From assembly GCA_027021705.1 (NCBI GenBank), contig JALUTT010000003.1:1-64000 (forward strand): a stretch of DNA of 64,000 nt, given 5' to 3'. The number at the start of each line of letters is the position of its first letter. The first letter of the stretch is position 1. Shown here piece after piece: positions 48,783 to 58,081 of the stretch. This DNA is from Anaerolineae bacterium. GTDB lineage: Bacteria; Chloroflexota; Anaerolineae; S140-20. The position numbers and the translations under genes are program-made. The notes beneath the pieces are model-generated. The model did not search any database. It saw nothing but the letters and a program-made list of their open reading frames with translations, and had not been told where the DNA came from.

Positions 48783-48834
48783 GCAACTTGCAATTCGCAA
48801 TTCGCAATTCGCAATTTGCAATTCGCAATTCGCA
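48783..48834. repeat. Heptamer tandem repeat (GCAATTC) x~7
   Basis: Seen directly. Confidence 0.95.
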
Positions 48835-48904
48835 GGGTGGGGCGGGGAGCCCCCTGGCCCGGCGATGGGTCTGGGGTGACTCCCCACCCCAAGGGCGGTT
48901 TCAC

Positions 48905-50341
48905 CTACTCCTTGATGATCACCTTGTCGCCCAGCTCGACCTGGACGTCGGCGATGACGTTCTCCACCGCCTCATCGGGGGTCCACTGGCCGCTCTCGAC
49001 CGCCGAGATGCCGCCGAAGTAGATCTCATCCAAGGTGCCGAAGTCGGGGTTGTTGGGCAGGAAGGTGGTGTACTCCAGCATATAGGCGGCCGCCTGGGCG
49101 AACTTGTCCTCGGCGTACTTGGGATCGTTCAGCTCCGACTTGAGGATGGCCAGGTGGCCGCTCTCGACGGCATGCAGGGCGTTGAGGTCCGGCGCCGTGG
49201 CCTCGGTGATGATGCGGAAGGCCAGGTCGGGGTTCTTGGACTGGGCGGTGACCATGTAGACCAACGGGTGGGAGAGGGTGTTGGGCTTGCCGCCCTTCTT
49301 CATCGCCGGGATCAGGGCGAAGCCGATGTTCTCCCACAGGTAGGCCTCGGGATCGGCCTCATTGGGCAGGTACTTATCCCGCCACTCGGCCCAGTTCCAA
49401 GTGCCGCCGTTGAAGAAGAGGGCCCGGCCGCTGGAGACCGTCTCGTGGATGATCTTCCACTCGGTCCCGATCAGGTCGGTCTTGGTGACCTTGTACTCCT
49501 GGGTGGCATCCCAGAAGAACTGGTAGACGCACTTGAGCGCCTTCTTGTCCAGGACCAGCTTGCCGGTGTCGGGGTCCTGCAGCGTGCCTCCGCAGTTGTA
49601 GTAGAAGTGGTAGAAGTCGGACCCCTTCTTCGGGCGGTGCCAGTAGCCGTAGCCGGGCTCGACGACGCCCTTGTCCTGAGCCTCCTTGGCGACCTCTAGC
49701 ATGTCGTAGAGGGTGAACTCGCCGTTCTTGATCTTCTCAGGCAGGGCTTCGATCTCCTCCTCGGACCACCCCAGTTCCCTCAGGCGGGCCTTGCTGAAGT
49801 ACATAGGCCGGGCCTCGGTGTCCTGGGGAATGGCCCACCGCTTGCCCTTGTAGGTCACCGCCCCCCACAGGCTCTCGAAGATGTCGTTGTAAGTGTCGGG
49901 GTACTGGGCGATGTAGTCATCCAGGGCGATGATGTAGCCGGCATCGGCCCAGGGCGCGATGTCCTCGTGGCCGGAGAGCACGATGTCGGGAGCCTTGCCG
50001 CCCTCGAAGGCCAAGAGCACCCGCTTCTTGTAGTCGCCCCAGGAGGTGGTGTCGAAGGAGGCCTCCACCTTCACGCGGACGTTGGACCCTTCGGCCTCCA
50101 GCTTCTTGTTGAGCCGTTCGGCCGCCGTCTCCAGGTTCTTGGCCCGGTAGTAGGAAGGATCGTCGGGGCCAATGGTCCAAGCGACGATGGTGACCTCTTC
50201 GATCTCCGCAGCCGGTTTCTCGGCCGGCTTCTCCTCCGGCGCTTTGGTGGGCTCCGGTGTCGCCCCACCGCCGCAGGCCGTCAGGAGCAGGCTGACCACG
50301 ATCAGGGCGCTCAGCAAGGACCACAGGAACCGCGTTTTCAT
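48905..50341 (-). CDS. ABC substrate-binding lipoprotein (InoE-like, inositol-phosphate candidate)
   Basis: Lipobox LTAC, WTIGPDDPSYYR, PQDTEARP. Context of iolG/iolM. Confidence 0.85.
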   Translation of the reverse strand: MKTRFLWSLLSALIVVSLLLTACGGGATPEPTKAPEEKPAEKPAAEIEEVTIVAWTIGPDDPSYYRAKNLETAAERLNKKLEAEGSNVRVKVEASFDTTSWGDYKKRVLLAFEGGKAPDIVLSGHEDIAPWADAGYIIALDDYIAQYPDTYNDIFESLWGAVTYKGKRWAIPQDTEARPMYFSKARLRELGWSEEEIEALPEKIKNGEFTLYDMLEVAKEAQDKGVVEPGYGYWHRPKKGSDFYHFYYNCGGTLQDPDTGKLVLDKKALKCVYQFFWDATQEYKVTKTDLIGTEWKIIHETVSSGRALFFNGGTWNWAEWRDKYLPNEADPEAYLWENIGFALIPAMKKGGKPNTLSHPLVYMVTAQSKNPDLAFRIITEATAPDLNALHAVESGHLAILKSELNDPKYAEDKFAQAAAYMLEYTTFLPNNPDFGTLDEIYFGGISAVESGQWTPDEAVENVIADVQVELGDKVIIKE

Positions 50342-50521
50342 CGCTCATCTCCTCCTTTATGGTGTCTGGATTTGCGGGTAGGTACAGAGAGCGGCTCCCT
50401 ATTCCAGAGAGCCTGTGTCCAATGAACAGATACCGGATTGCGCTTCCACAAGATTCCGGGGCATCACCTCCTTTCCCGCTGTGTAGGGATGGCCTTTCGT
50501 CAGCCCCGCCCGTGGGCAGCT

Positions 50522-51301
50522 CTATGCCGCTTGCCTCACCTCTTCAGGTCGCAGAGCTCCCACGATCAGTTCCGAGATCTCCTCTGGTGTGACCTCCCCT
50601 TTGTGGAAGTCCCCCAGGTTCCGCCCGTGGCTCAGGATGGTGAAACGGTCGGCCACAGGGTGCACGTGGTAGACGTTGTGGGTGATGAAGATCACCGAGA
50701 GCCCTCGATCCTTCGCCTCCACGATGTAGTTGAGGACCTTGCGGGTCTCCTTCACCGAGAGGGCAGAGGTAGGCTCGTCGAGGATGAGAAGCTTGACGCC
50801 GAAGTGGATCGCCCGTCCGATGGCGATGGACTGCCGTTCTCCCCCGGAGAGGGTCGCTACCTCTTCGTGAGGGGAGCGGATGCGGATGCCGATCTCCGCC
50901 AGCACGTGACGGGCCACGTCGTTCATCGTCTTCTGGTCCAGGAATCGGAAGGGACCGATCCGCTTCACCGGCTCCCGCCCCAGGAAGAAGTTGCGGGCGA
51001 TGCTCATCAGGGGCACCAGGGCCAGGTCCTGGTAGACGGTCTCGATGCCCATCTCCCGGGCATCGTGGGGGGAGGTGAAGCGCACCTTGCGCCCCTCGAA
51101 GTAGATCTCCCCTTCGTCGGGGGGGTAGAGGCCGGTGAGGATCTTGATCAGGGTGGACTTTCCTGCCCCGTTATCCCCCAGCAGGCCGACCACCTCCTGC
51201 CGGCCTACGGTGAAGTTCACCCCCTGCAGGGCCTGGACGTGGCCAAAGCTCTTGCTGATGTTGACCATACGGACCAGGGGTTCGTTCTGTTCGTTGGCCA
51301 T
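50522..51301 (-). CDS. Monosaccharide ABC transporter ATP-binding protein
   Basis: GDNGAGKST, VYQDLAL, LSGGERQ, LDEPT. Confidence 0.94.
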   Translation of the reverse strand: MANEQNEPLVRMVNISKSFGHVQALQGVNFTVGRQEVVGLLGDNGAGKSTLIKILTGLYPPDEGEIYFEGRKVRFTSPHDAREMGIETVYQDLALVPLMSIARNFFLGREPVKRIGPFRFLDQKTMNDVARHVLAEIGIRIRSPHEEVATLSGGERQSIAIGRAIHFGVKLLILDEPTSALSVKETRKVLNYIVEAKDRGLSVIFITHNVYHVHPVADRFTILSHGRNLGDFHKGEVTPEEISELIVGALRPEEVRQAA

Positions 51302-51303
51302 CG

Positions 51304-52272
51304 TTACCGCCCCCGGATTCTCACGTTGATGATGACCGCGGCGATGAGGATGACGCCGATGAAGGCGCGATACCAGTAGGCCGGTGCGCCGGCCAACACC
51401 AATCCGCTGCGCACCATCCCAATCATCATCACGCCCAGGGCGGTCCCCAGGATGCTGCCGTACCCGCCTGTCAGCAGCGTTCCTCCGATGACGGCGGCGG
51501 CGATGGCCTGGAGCTCCCACTCCTGCCCGCGCAAGGGGTCCACCGACTTGAAGCGGCTGAACTGAATGATGCCAGCCAGGGCCGCCAGCATCGCCGAGAG
51601 GACGAAGTTGATGATCTTGGTACGCGCCACATTCACGCCCAGAGCGCGGGCAGCGCCGGGGTCCCCTCCCGTCGCATACACACCGTTTCCGTAGCGCGTC
51701 TGGGTCAGCACAACCTGGAAGATGAGGACGATCAGGACAAACCAGAAGAGGGATGTATGGAAGCCACCAGCGAAGCGCCCGCCCAAGGCAGAGAGCAACC
51801 AAGAGCCGCCCTCGTAGACGACGGGGAAGCCGCCCGTGACGGCCAGCAGGACTCCCCGCCAGAACATCATCGTGCCCAGGGTGACGATGAAGGAGGGAAT
51901 GCGGGTTTGGATGACCAGGAGACCGTTGATCAGGCCGATGATTGCTGCCAGGCCTATCGAGATCAGGAAGGCCAAGCTGTGGGGCCAACCGGCCTTGGCC
52001 AGCAGGGCGAAGGCCATAGCCCCCACCCCCAGGACAGAGCCCACCGAGAGGTCGAACTCGCCGGCGATCATCAGGAAGGTGATACCAACGGCGACGATGC
52101 CCAGCTCGGCGGCTATCGTCATGATACCGGAAAGCGAGGCCAATGTCAAGAATCGTTCAGCAAAGAGGGAAAAGCCGATGAAAACGGCCAAGAACCCCGC
52201 TAGGGCACCGATCTCCGGATAGCGGGACAATTGGCGTGCCAGCGATCTCCAGGTAGACGCCCTTACGCTCAT
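51304..52272 (-). CDS. Monosaccharide ABC permease (RbsC-like)
   Basis: GEFDLSVGS, IPSFIVTLG, ELQAIAAAVIGG. Confidence 0.94.
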   Translation of the reverse strand: MSVRASTWRSLARQLSRYPEIGALAGFLAVFIGFSLFAERFLTLASLSGIMTIAAELGIVAVGITFLMIAGEFDLSVGSVLGVGAMAFALLAKAGWPHSLAFLISIGLAAIIGLINGLLVIQTRIPSFIVTLGTMMFWRGVLLAVTGGFPVVYEGGSWLLSALGGRFAGGFHTSLFWFVLIVLIFQVVLTQTRYGNGVYATGGDPGAARALGVNVARTKIINFVLSAMLAALAGIIQFSRFKSVDPLRGQEWELQAIAAAVIGGTLLTGGYGSILGTALGVMMIGMVRSGLVLAGAPAYWYRAFIGVILIAAVIINVRIRGR

Positions 52273-52302
52273 CAGGTCTGCTCGCTCCTCTCCCCCTTGG
52301 AG

Positions 52303-52338
52303 AGGTGGCAGGGGGAGCAGAGCCCCTCCCTGCCACCT
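52303..52338 (-). terminator. Hairpin downstream of SBP gene
   Basis: AGGTGGCAGGG...CCCTGCCACCT. Confidence 0.6.
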
Positions 52339-52374
52339 ATGGGCTCGGTCAAGATGCAGACGGGCTCCGATGGA

Positions 52375-53379
52375 CTACCGGTAACCGGCCTTGATCAACT
52401 CCTCGATGGCCCCCACGTTTGAGGCGTCCACGATGGCCGGGCCGGTGAGGATGTCTGTGGCGGGGACCAGTTGGTACTTGTTGTAGAGGTAGAGCCAGAC
52501 GATGGGCATGTAGCCCTGGAGGTACTGCTGCTGGTCAATGGTGAAGAGGGTGATGCCGTCCTTGATCGCCCCCAAGGTCACCTCGTCCAGGTCGAAACTG
52601 CCGTGGAGGATCTTCCCCTTGAGGTTGTTCTCCTTGATGTATTGGATCATCGGGTTGGCCCCCAGCGGCCCCAGGGTGAAGACGGCATCGGTGTCGGGGT
52701 TCTTGGCGAAGTAGCTCTTGAGGACCTCGACGGCCTGGGTGGGATCGGTGCCGATGTCTAACTTCTCGGCGGGAACGCCAGCCTCGCTCATCACGTCAAT
52801 GAAGCCCTTGCAGCGGGCCTCCAGTCCCACGTGACCGACCTCGTGGATAGCGCAGAGGGCTCGCGTCGGCTTCCGCTCTTGGAGCATCCGCTCGGCGGCC
52901 CGCTGCCCCCCCAGGTACTCGTCGCCGCCGACGTAGAAGAGGTAGGGGATGCGCTCGCCGGCCGGCCGGGGGTCGGGCACGTTGATGGCGATGACGGGGA
53001 TACCCTGCTCGATGGCTCGGCGCAGGGGCTCATCCAGCGCGTTGGGATCGGTGATGGTGACGGCGATCCCATCCGGTTTGGCCGCGATGGCACTGTTGAG
53101 CAGGTTGACCAGCTCATCAATGGAGAACTTCTCCGGCCCTGAGTAGATGGCCTTGACCGGCAGCGTGGCAGCCGCGTCTTCCATCCCCCGCATCACGACG
53201 CCCCAGAAGGGGTCCGCCGGTCCGCCGTGGGAGACGACGTAAAAGGTGAACTCGACTTCCTGGGCAGCACCTTTCTCCTCCTCTTTGGGAGCCGGTGTCG
53301 CCTGTTGCTGACAAGCCGTGGCGACTAACGCCACGACGATCAGCAGGACCAGTGCCGGAAGCCAAACGCGGCGCGACAT
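52375..53379 (-). CDS. Sugar (inositol-like) ABC substrate-binding lipoprotein
   Basis: Lipobox ATAC, SHGGPADPFW, IDQQQYLQGY. Confidence 0.9.
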   Translation of the reverse strand: MSRRVWLPALVLLIVVALVATACQQQATPAPKEEEKGAAQEVEFTFYVVSHGGPADPFWGVVMRGMEDAAATLPVKAIYSGPEKFSIDELVNLLNSAIAAKPDGIAVTITDPNALDEPLRRAIEQGIPVIAINVPDPRPAGERIPYLFYVGGDEYLGGQRAAERMLQERKPTRALCAIHEVGHVGLEARCKGFIDVMSEAGVPAEKLDIGTDPTQAVEVLKSYFAKNPDTDAVFTLGPLGANPMIQYIKENNLKGKILHGSFDLDEVTLGAIKDGITLFTIDQQQYLQGYMPIVWLYLYNKYQLVPATDILTGPAIVDASNVGAIEELIKAGYR

Positions 53380-53555
53380 AGCAACCTCCTCCTTCGCATT
53401 CAAGCTGGATAGCTCTGACCGTCCTTGCTTAGGTTCGCCGGAGCCCCGCTCTGGGGCGAAGCGGATTCCACGATCCGTCGTTCTCCTAAGGTACCACCCC
53501 CTTTCTTTGGAAAGCTGGAGCGACTGCCCTCCGATGGCCAGCGGGCTGCGCTGGC

Positions 53556-54575
53556 CTATCCTTCCACCTCGCTGAGCCGCACCGGGCGGTTCTCTTGAAC
53601 CGACTTGCGGGCAGCGTAGGCCATGACTACGGGGATGCGGCCATCCTGACCGGTCACCGGAGGCGAGGTGTCCTCCAGAATGGATCGGATGAACGCCCTC
53701 ATCTCGATCACGTAGGCCTCCGCGTAGCGCTCGATGAAGAAGAAGAGGGGCTTGGCAGCGTGAACGCCCTCGCCGTCGCTGATGACCGCAGTATCGGGCG
53801 TCCGGTTGGAGACCATTACCATGCCCTCGGAGCCGAAGACCTCCACCCGCTGGTCGTAGCCGTAGACGGCCCGCCGGCTGTTGTCAATGGTGCCCAGTGC
53901 ACCGCCGGCATAGCGCAAGGTGAGGATCGCGGTGTCCAGATCGCCGACCTCACCGATCTGGGGATCCACCAGCACGCCGCCAGCGGCGTAGATTTCCTCC
54001 ACCTCATCGTTGATCAGGAAGCGGGCCATATCGAAGTCGTGGATGGTCATGTCCACGAAGATGCCCCCGGAGACCTTCACGTACTCCAGAGGTGGGGGCT
54101 CCGGATCCCGGCTGGTGATGCGCACGATGTGAGGCTGGCCGATCCGACCTGAGGCTACGATCTCCCGAGCCCGCCGGAAGCTGGGGTCGAAGCGGCGGTT
54201 GAACCCCACCTGCAGCTTCACCCCCGCCTCCTCCACAGCGGCCAGGGCCTGGTCAATTCGGGCCAGGTCCAGGGCGATGGGCTTCTCGCAGAAGATATGC
54301 TTGCCCACGGCGGCCGCAGCTTCGATCAATGGGGCGTGGGTATCGGTGCTAGAGCAGATAAGCACGGCCTCAACGGTCCGGTCCTCCATAATAGGTTCGG
54401 GGTCGGTGTAGACGGAAGGGACCTGGAGCTCGGCGGCCAGCTTCTGGGCTGCCTCTTCGATGACGTCGGCAACGGCCACCAGCTCCGCCTCCGGGATCTG
54501 ATAGACCAGGTTGCGGGCGTGCACCCGACCGATTCGGCCCGCACCGATAAGGGCTACACGGACTCGTCGTGCCAT
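53556..54575 (-). CDS. iolG: Inositol 2-dehydrogenase
   Basis: GAGRIG, CEKP, GFNRRFD, SRDP, DMTIHDFD, YGYDQR. Confidence 0.92.
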   Translation of the reverse strand: MARRVRVALIGAGRIGRVHARNLVYQIPEAELVAVADVIEEAAQKLAAELQVPSVYTDPEPIMEDRTVEAVLICSSTDTHAPLIEAAAAVGKHIFCEKPIALDLARIDQALAAVEEAGVKLQVGFNRRFDPSFRRAREIVASGRIGQPHIVRITSRDPEPPPLEYVKVSGGIFVDMTIHDFDMARFLINDEVEEIYAAGGVLVDPQIGEVGDLDTAILTLRYAGGALGTIDNSRRAVYGYDQRVEVFGSEGMVMVSNRTPDTAVISDGEGVHAAKPLFFFIERYAEAYVIEMRAFIRSILEDTSPPVTGQDGRIPVVMAYAARKSVQENRPVRLSEVEG

Positions 54576-54644
54576 CGCTCTCCTCGCGCTTTCGGGGGAG
54601 GTGCCCGGCAGTTCTCGCGCTGCCGGGCACCGAAACGGCCCAGG

Positions 54645-55865
54645 TCAGGAGGCCGGCACGGAAACCGGCTGGGCCTGTTCAACCTTCTCCGAGGGTTCCG
54701 GGGGCTGGTAGCCTGGCTTCACCATGATCTTCCCGTCCCGCCGCTCTGTGGATTGGGCGATGGCGTGCACCGTCTCCTCCAGGCTGTAGCGGGCGGTGAT
54801 GATGGGGGTCAGATCCAGCCGGCCCGAGGCCACCAGCCGGATCACGTTGGGGAAGGTGCCGTGGCCCGAATGGCCCTGGGCCCCGAAGACCTGGGAGCGG
54901 CGCACCTGGAGCGTCTCCAGATACATCGGCACCCGCTGGGCCGCCCGCCCGATCTGGACGATCTTGCCGTTGATGGCCAGGCTCTTTTCCATCTCCGGGA
55001 CCGTCAGGTGAGGCACGCCGGCCGCCTCCACGTGGAAGTCGAACCCTTCGCCCTGGGAGAGCTCCATCAGCACCTCGTGGGGCGTCACCTCGCGAGGGTC
55101 GTAGACGTAGTCAGCGCCCACCCGCTTGGCCAACTCGCGGCGCTGAGGGGAGATCTCGAAGGCCACGATCAGCCCTGCGCCGGCAGCTTCGGCCAGGCCG
55201 ATGGCTGCCAGCCCGATGGGGCCGGCCCCGAAGATGCTGACGTAGTGACCAGGGCGGAAGCCGCCGGCCCGCTCGAAGATCGCGTTGTAGGAGACGCAGG
55301 TCGGTTCCGTCAGCGCAGCCGCTTCGTAGGCCTTCTCCTCGTCGCCGAACCGTTCCAGGTAGCTGTTCACCTTCCAGCAGTACTTGGCCCCGATGGCGAT
55401 GTACTCGGCGAAGGCCCCATCAATGGTGAACCCGATCTCCTCCAGGTTGACGCAGTGGTTGGGGAAGCCATTGCGACAGGGGGTGCAGTGGCCGCACCAG
55501 ATCATCTCCTCGCAGGTGACCATATCGCCCGCCTTCAGATCGGTCACCTCAGAGCCCACTTCCACCACCTCGCCGGCGAACTCGTGGCCCAGCACCACGG
55601 GGAACTTGGTCAAGCCCGGATAGAGGATGTAGCCCTCCTCGTCGGTCTCGTAGAAGTGCATATCCGAACCGCAGACGCCACAGGCCCGGACCCGGATCAG
55701 CACCTGGTCTGGTCCCACGCTGGGCATAGGTCGCTCGACCACTTCCAGACGGGGGTGCCGCCAGATGCTGGAGCCGGTGATCGCCTTGCCCGTCTCCTTT
55801 TCCCAATCGGACAGCGGGTAATCGGGACGGGGGTCCCACTCGGCTGTCAACATCAAAGCCCTCAT
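54645..55865 (-). CDS. iolM: Zn-dependent scyllo-inosose 3-dehydrogenase-like
   Basis: N-terminal AEWDPRP extension typical of Thermotoga IolM (recalled), CGSD, GHE, CGHCTPC..C. Next to iolG. Confidence 0.8.
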   Translation of the reverse strand: MRALMLTAEWDPRPDYPLSDWEKETGKAITGSSIWRHPRLEVVERPMPSVGPDQVLIRVRACGVCGSDMHFYETDEEGYILYPGLTKFPVVLGHEFAGEVVEVGSEVTDLKAGDMVTCEEMIWCGHCTPCRNGFPNHCVNLEEIGFTIDGAFAEYIAIGAKYCWKVNSYLERFGDEEKAYEAAALTEPTCVSYNAIFERAGGFRPGHYVSIFGAGPIGLAAIGLAEAAGAGLIVAFEISPQRRELAKRVGADYVYDPREVTPHEVLMELSQGEGFDFHVEAAGVPHLTVPEMEKSLAINGKIVQIGRAAQRVPMYLETLQVRRSQVFGAQGHSGHGTFPNVIRLVASGRLDLTPIITARYSLEETVHAIAQSTERRDGKIMVKPGYQPPEPSEKVEQAQPVSVPAS

Positions 55866-55903
55866 AGTTGTAACCTCCTACCGGTGAAAGGGATTCCAGC
55901 CCC

Positions 55904-56914
55904 TCACGTGTTGGGTGGCTGGCAGGAATCTCGGACGATCAACGTCCCCTGGACGAGCACATCCTCAACGGGATGGTCCTCCAGAAGGTCCAACACCATT
56001 TCCATCGCCTGGTAACCCATCTCGTACTTGGGCTGACGGACGGTGGTCAGAGGAGGGATCGTATAGGCGGCGATGGCGATGTCATCGAAGCCGACCAGGG
56101 AGAGGTCATCGGGGACGCGAATCCCCCGGCGATAGCAGCGTTGCAGGACACCGATGGCCGTCATATCGTTGTAGCAGAAGATGGCTGTCGGAGGAGAAGG
56201 GAGCGCCAGGAGCAGGTCGAGGCCGATCTGTCCGTTTTGAACGTCTTCTGTCTCGGTAGGGTAGACCATCCAACGGGGATCAGGAGAGATACCGTGAGCT
56301 TCCAGGGCTGCCCGGTAACCCGCCTCTCGAGCCTGGCTGGAGGCCTCGCGGTGCACACAGCCGATGTAGCCGATGCGGCGGTGGCCTAGTTGGAGCAGAT
56401 GGTCTACGGCCATCTGGGCACCCTCCCGGTCATCCATGGAGACCGAGTAGGTATACGTGCCGGGCTGTTGGTTGTTGATGAGCACCACCGGGACCTGGAT
56501 CTCCTCGAGGAGGGGCGCGTACAGACTCCCCACCCGGGAGGCGGTGACGATAACGCCATCCACCCGTCGCTGGCGGAAGGTGCGCACGACCGAGATCTCC
56601 CGCTCCGGGATAGCTCGGGAACTGCTCAAGAAGACGCTGTAGCCTGCCTGGTGAGCGGCATCTTCCACGCCGCGCATCACCTCGGCCACGAACGGGTCGG
56701 CGATGGAAGTCACCACCATCCCCACCGTGCGGGTGCGGCGGGTGACCAGCCCCCGGGCGACGGCGCTGGGGGAGTAGCCCATCTCCTCTGCCAGTCGCTT
56801 GATGCGGGCTTTGGTCTCGGGGCTGACAAGAGGGCTATCCCGGAGAGCCCGGGAGACGGTAGAGTGGGAGACCCCTGCGGCCCGGGCTATATCTTTGATC
56901 GAGACGGGGGACAT
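55904..56914 (-). CDS. LacI-family transcriptional regulator
   Basis: SIKDIARAAGVSHSTVSRAL, VPDDLSLVGFDD, PPLTTVRQP. Confidence 0.95.
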   Translation of the reverse strand: MSPVSIKDIARAAGVSHSTVSRALRDSPLVSPETKARIKRLAEEMGYSPSAVARGLVTRRTRTVGMVVTSIADPFVAEVMRGVEDAAHQAGYSVFLSSSRAIPEREISVVRTFRQRRVDGVIVTASRVGSLYAPLLEEIQVPVVLINNQQPGTYTYSVSMDDREGAQMAVDHLLQLGHRRIGYIGCVHREASSQAREAGYRAALEAHGISPDPRWMVYPTETEDVQNGQIGLDLLLALPSPPTAIFCYNDMTAIGVLQRCYRRGIRVPDDLSLVGFDDIAIAAYTIPPLTTVRQPKYEMGYQAMEMVLDLLEDHPVEDVLVQGTLIVRDSCQPPNT

Positions 56915-56963
56915 AGAACCTACCGTCTTGAGCGAAGCGCCCTCATCGAGCTGGCACACAGGG

Positions 56964-56977
56964 TGCACACGTGTGCA
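56964..56977. promoter_or_regulatory. LacI-type operator TGCACACGTGTGCA
   Basis: Perfect 14-bp palindrome with central CG, just downstream of the -10. Confidence 0.7.
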
Positions 56978-56979
56978 AT

Positions 56980-57008
56980 ATTCTACCATAACTTTCTAGG
57001 GATGTCAA
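56980..57008 (-). promoter_or_regulatory. Sigma70 promoter of the inositol operon
   Basis: TTGACA-17 bp-TAGAAT. Confidence 0.75.
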
Positions 57009-57111
57009 TATGCACAATATAGTCTGTAAAACAATTGTAATCACTCATATTCTGGTGCTAAGCTCCGGCACTGGCAGGCCGAAAGCCCCGAAAAAACCCT
57101 CCCTGAAGCTA

Positions 57112-57139
57112 TTGACATTTGGAGCCAAACCATTATAAT
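57112..57139 (+). promoter_or_regulatory. Sigma70 promoter of the GntR/nucleoside operon
   Basis: TTGACA-16 bp-TATAAT. Confidence 0.75.
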
Positions 57140-57195
57140 GATTTTGTAACAAAGTCCCGTTCTCTTGTCCTCACTTCAAGGAAGGTAGGTAGACG

Positions 57196-57936
57196 ATGAT
57201 TGTAAGTCGCGACGACCCACGGCCCATCTACCATCAGATTCGGGAGTATATCCTGAAGCAGATCACCAGTGGTGCTTGGCAGGAAGGGGACCAGATCCCC
57301 ACAGAGGAGGAGCTGTGCCAGATGACAGGGGCCAGCCGAACGCCAGTGCGGAGGGCGTTGGAGATGTTGGTGAGCGCTGGCTACATTGAACGGATCCCCG
57401 GCAAAGGTACTTTCGTCACCCGCCCTCACCCTCCTCTGCGTTTCCCCACAGACCTAAGGGGCTTCACCGAGGATATGCGCAGCCGAGGGTTCCGCCCCAC
57501 CTCCCGCGTTCTGACCTCGGAGATCATCCCGGCTACGCCGGAGATCGCCGAACGCCTCCGGATTGAGCCGGGAGACCAGGTCTTTCACCTGGGGCGGCTT
57601 CGCCTGGTGAACAGCGACCCCGTCGGTTTGGAGGATGCCTATCTGAACTATCAGCTCTGTCCAGGCATCGAAGAGCGTGACTTTAGTCAGCGGTCCCTTT
57701 ACTTCACCCTGGAGCGAGAGTATGGCCTTCGCCTCGCCTACGCGAGGCGGACCATCCGTATTGTCAAGCTGGAGGTGCGGGAAGGCCGTCTGTTGATGAG
57801 CCGGACCGGAGAGCCGGCCTACAACATCCAGGACATCCTCTATCGGGAAGGCGACATCCCCATCTCCTACACCAACTCCCTCTTCCGTTGGGACCGCTAC
57901 GAACTCTCCCTGACCCTACTGCGGGGCAACACGTGA
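57196..57936 (+). CDS. GntR (HutC/UTRA) transcriptional regulator
   Basis: PIYHQI, IPTEEEL, SRTPVRRAL, GKGTFV, UTRA domain. Confidence 0.94.
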   Translation: MIVSRDDPRPIYHQIREYILKQITSGAWQEGDQIPTEEELCQMTGASRTPVRRALEMLVSAGYIERIPGKGTFVTRPHPPLRFPTDLRGFTEDMRSRGFRPTSRVLTSEIIPATPEIAERLRIEPGDQVFHLGRLRLVNSDPVGLEDAYLNYQLCPGIEERDFSQRSLYFTLEREYGLRLAYARRTIRIVKLEVREGRLLMSRTGEPAYNIQDILYREGDIPISYTNSLFRWDRYELSLTLLRGNT

Positions 57937-58081
57937 TGCACCAGTTCGGCCTCCCAGGGGGACAGGACAGAAGCGAAAAGGAAAGGAGGTGAGGCTGCGT
58001 AGCAATTCTCTTCCCTGACCCTTGCCGCCGCGAAATGTGACAGCGCCATGCCACGCCTGCACCTATAGAGGAGGTAGTCCG

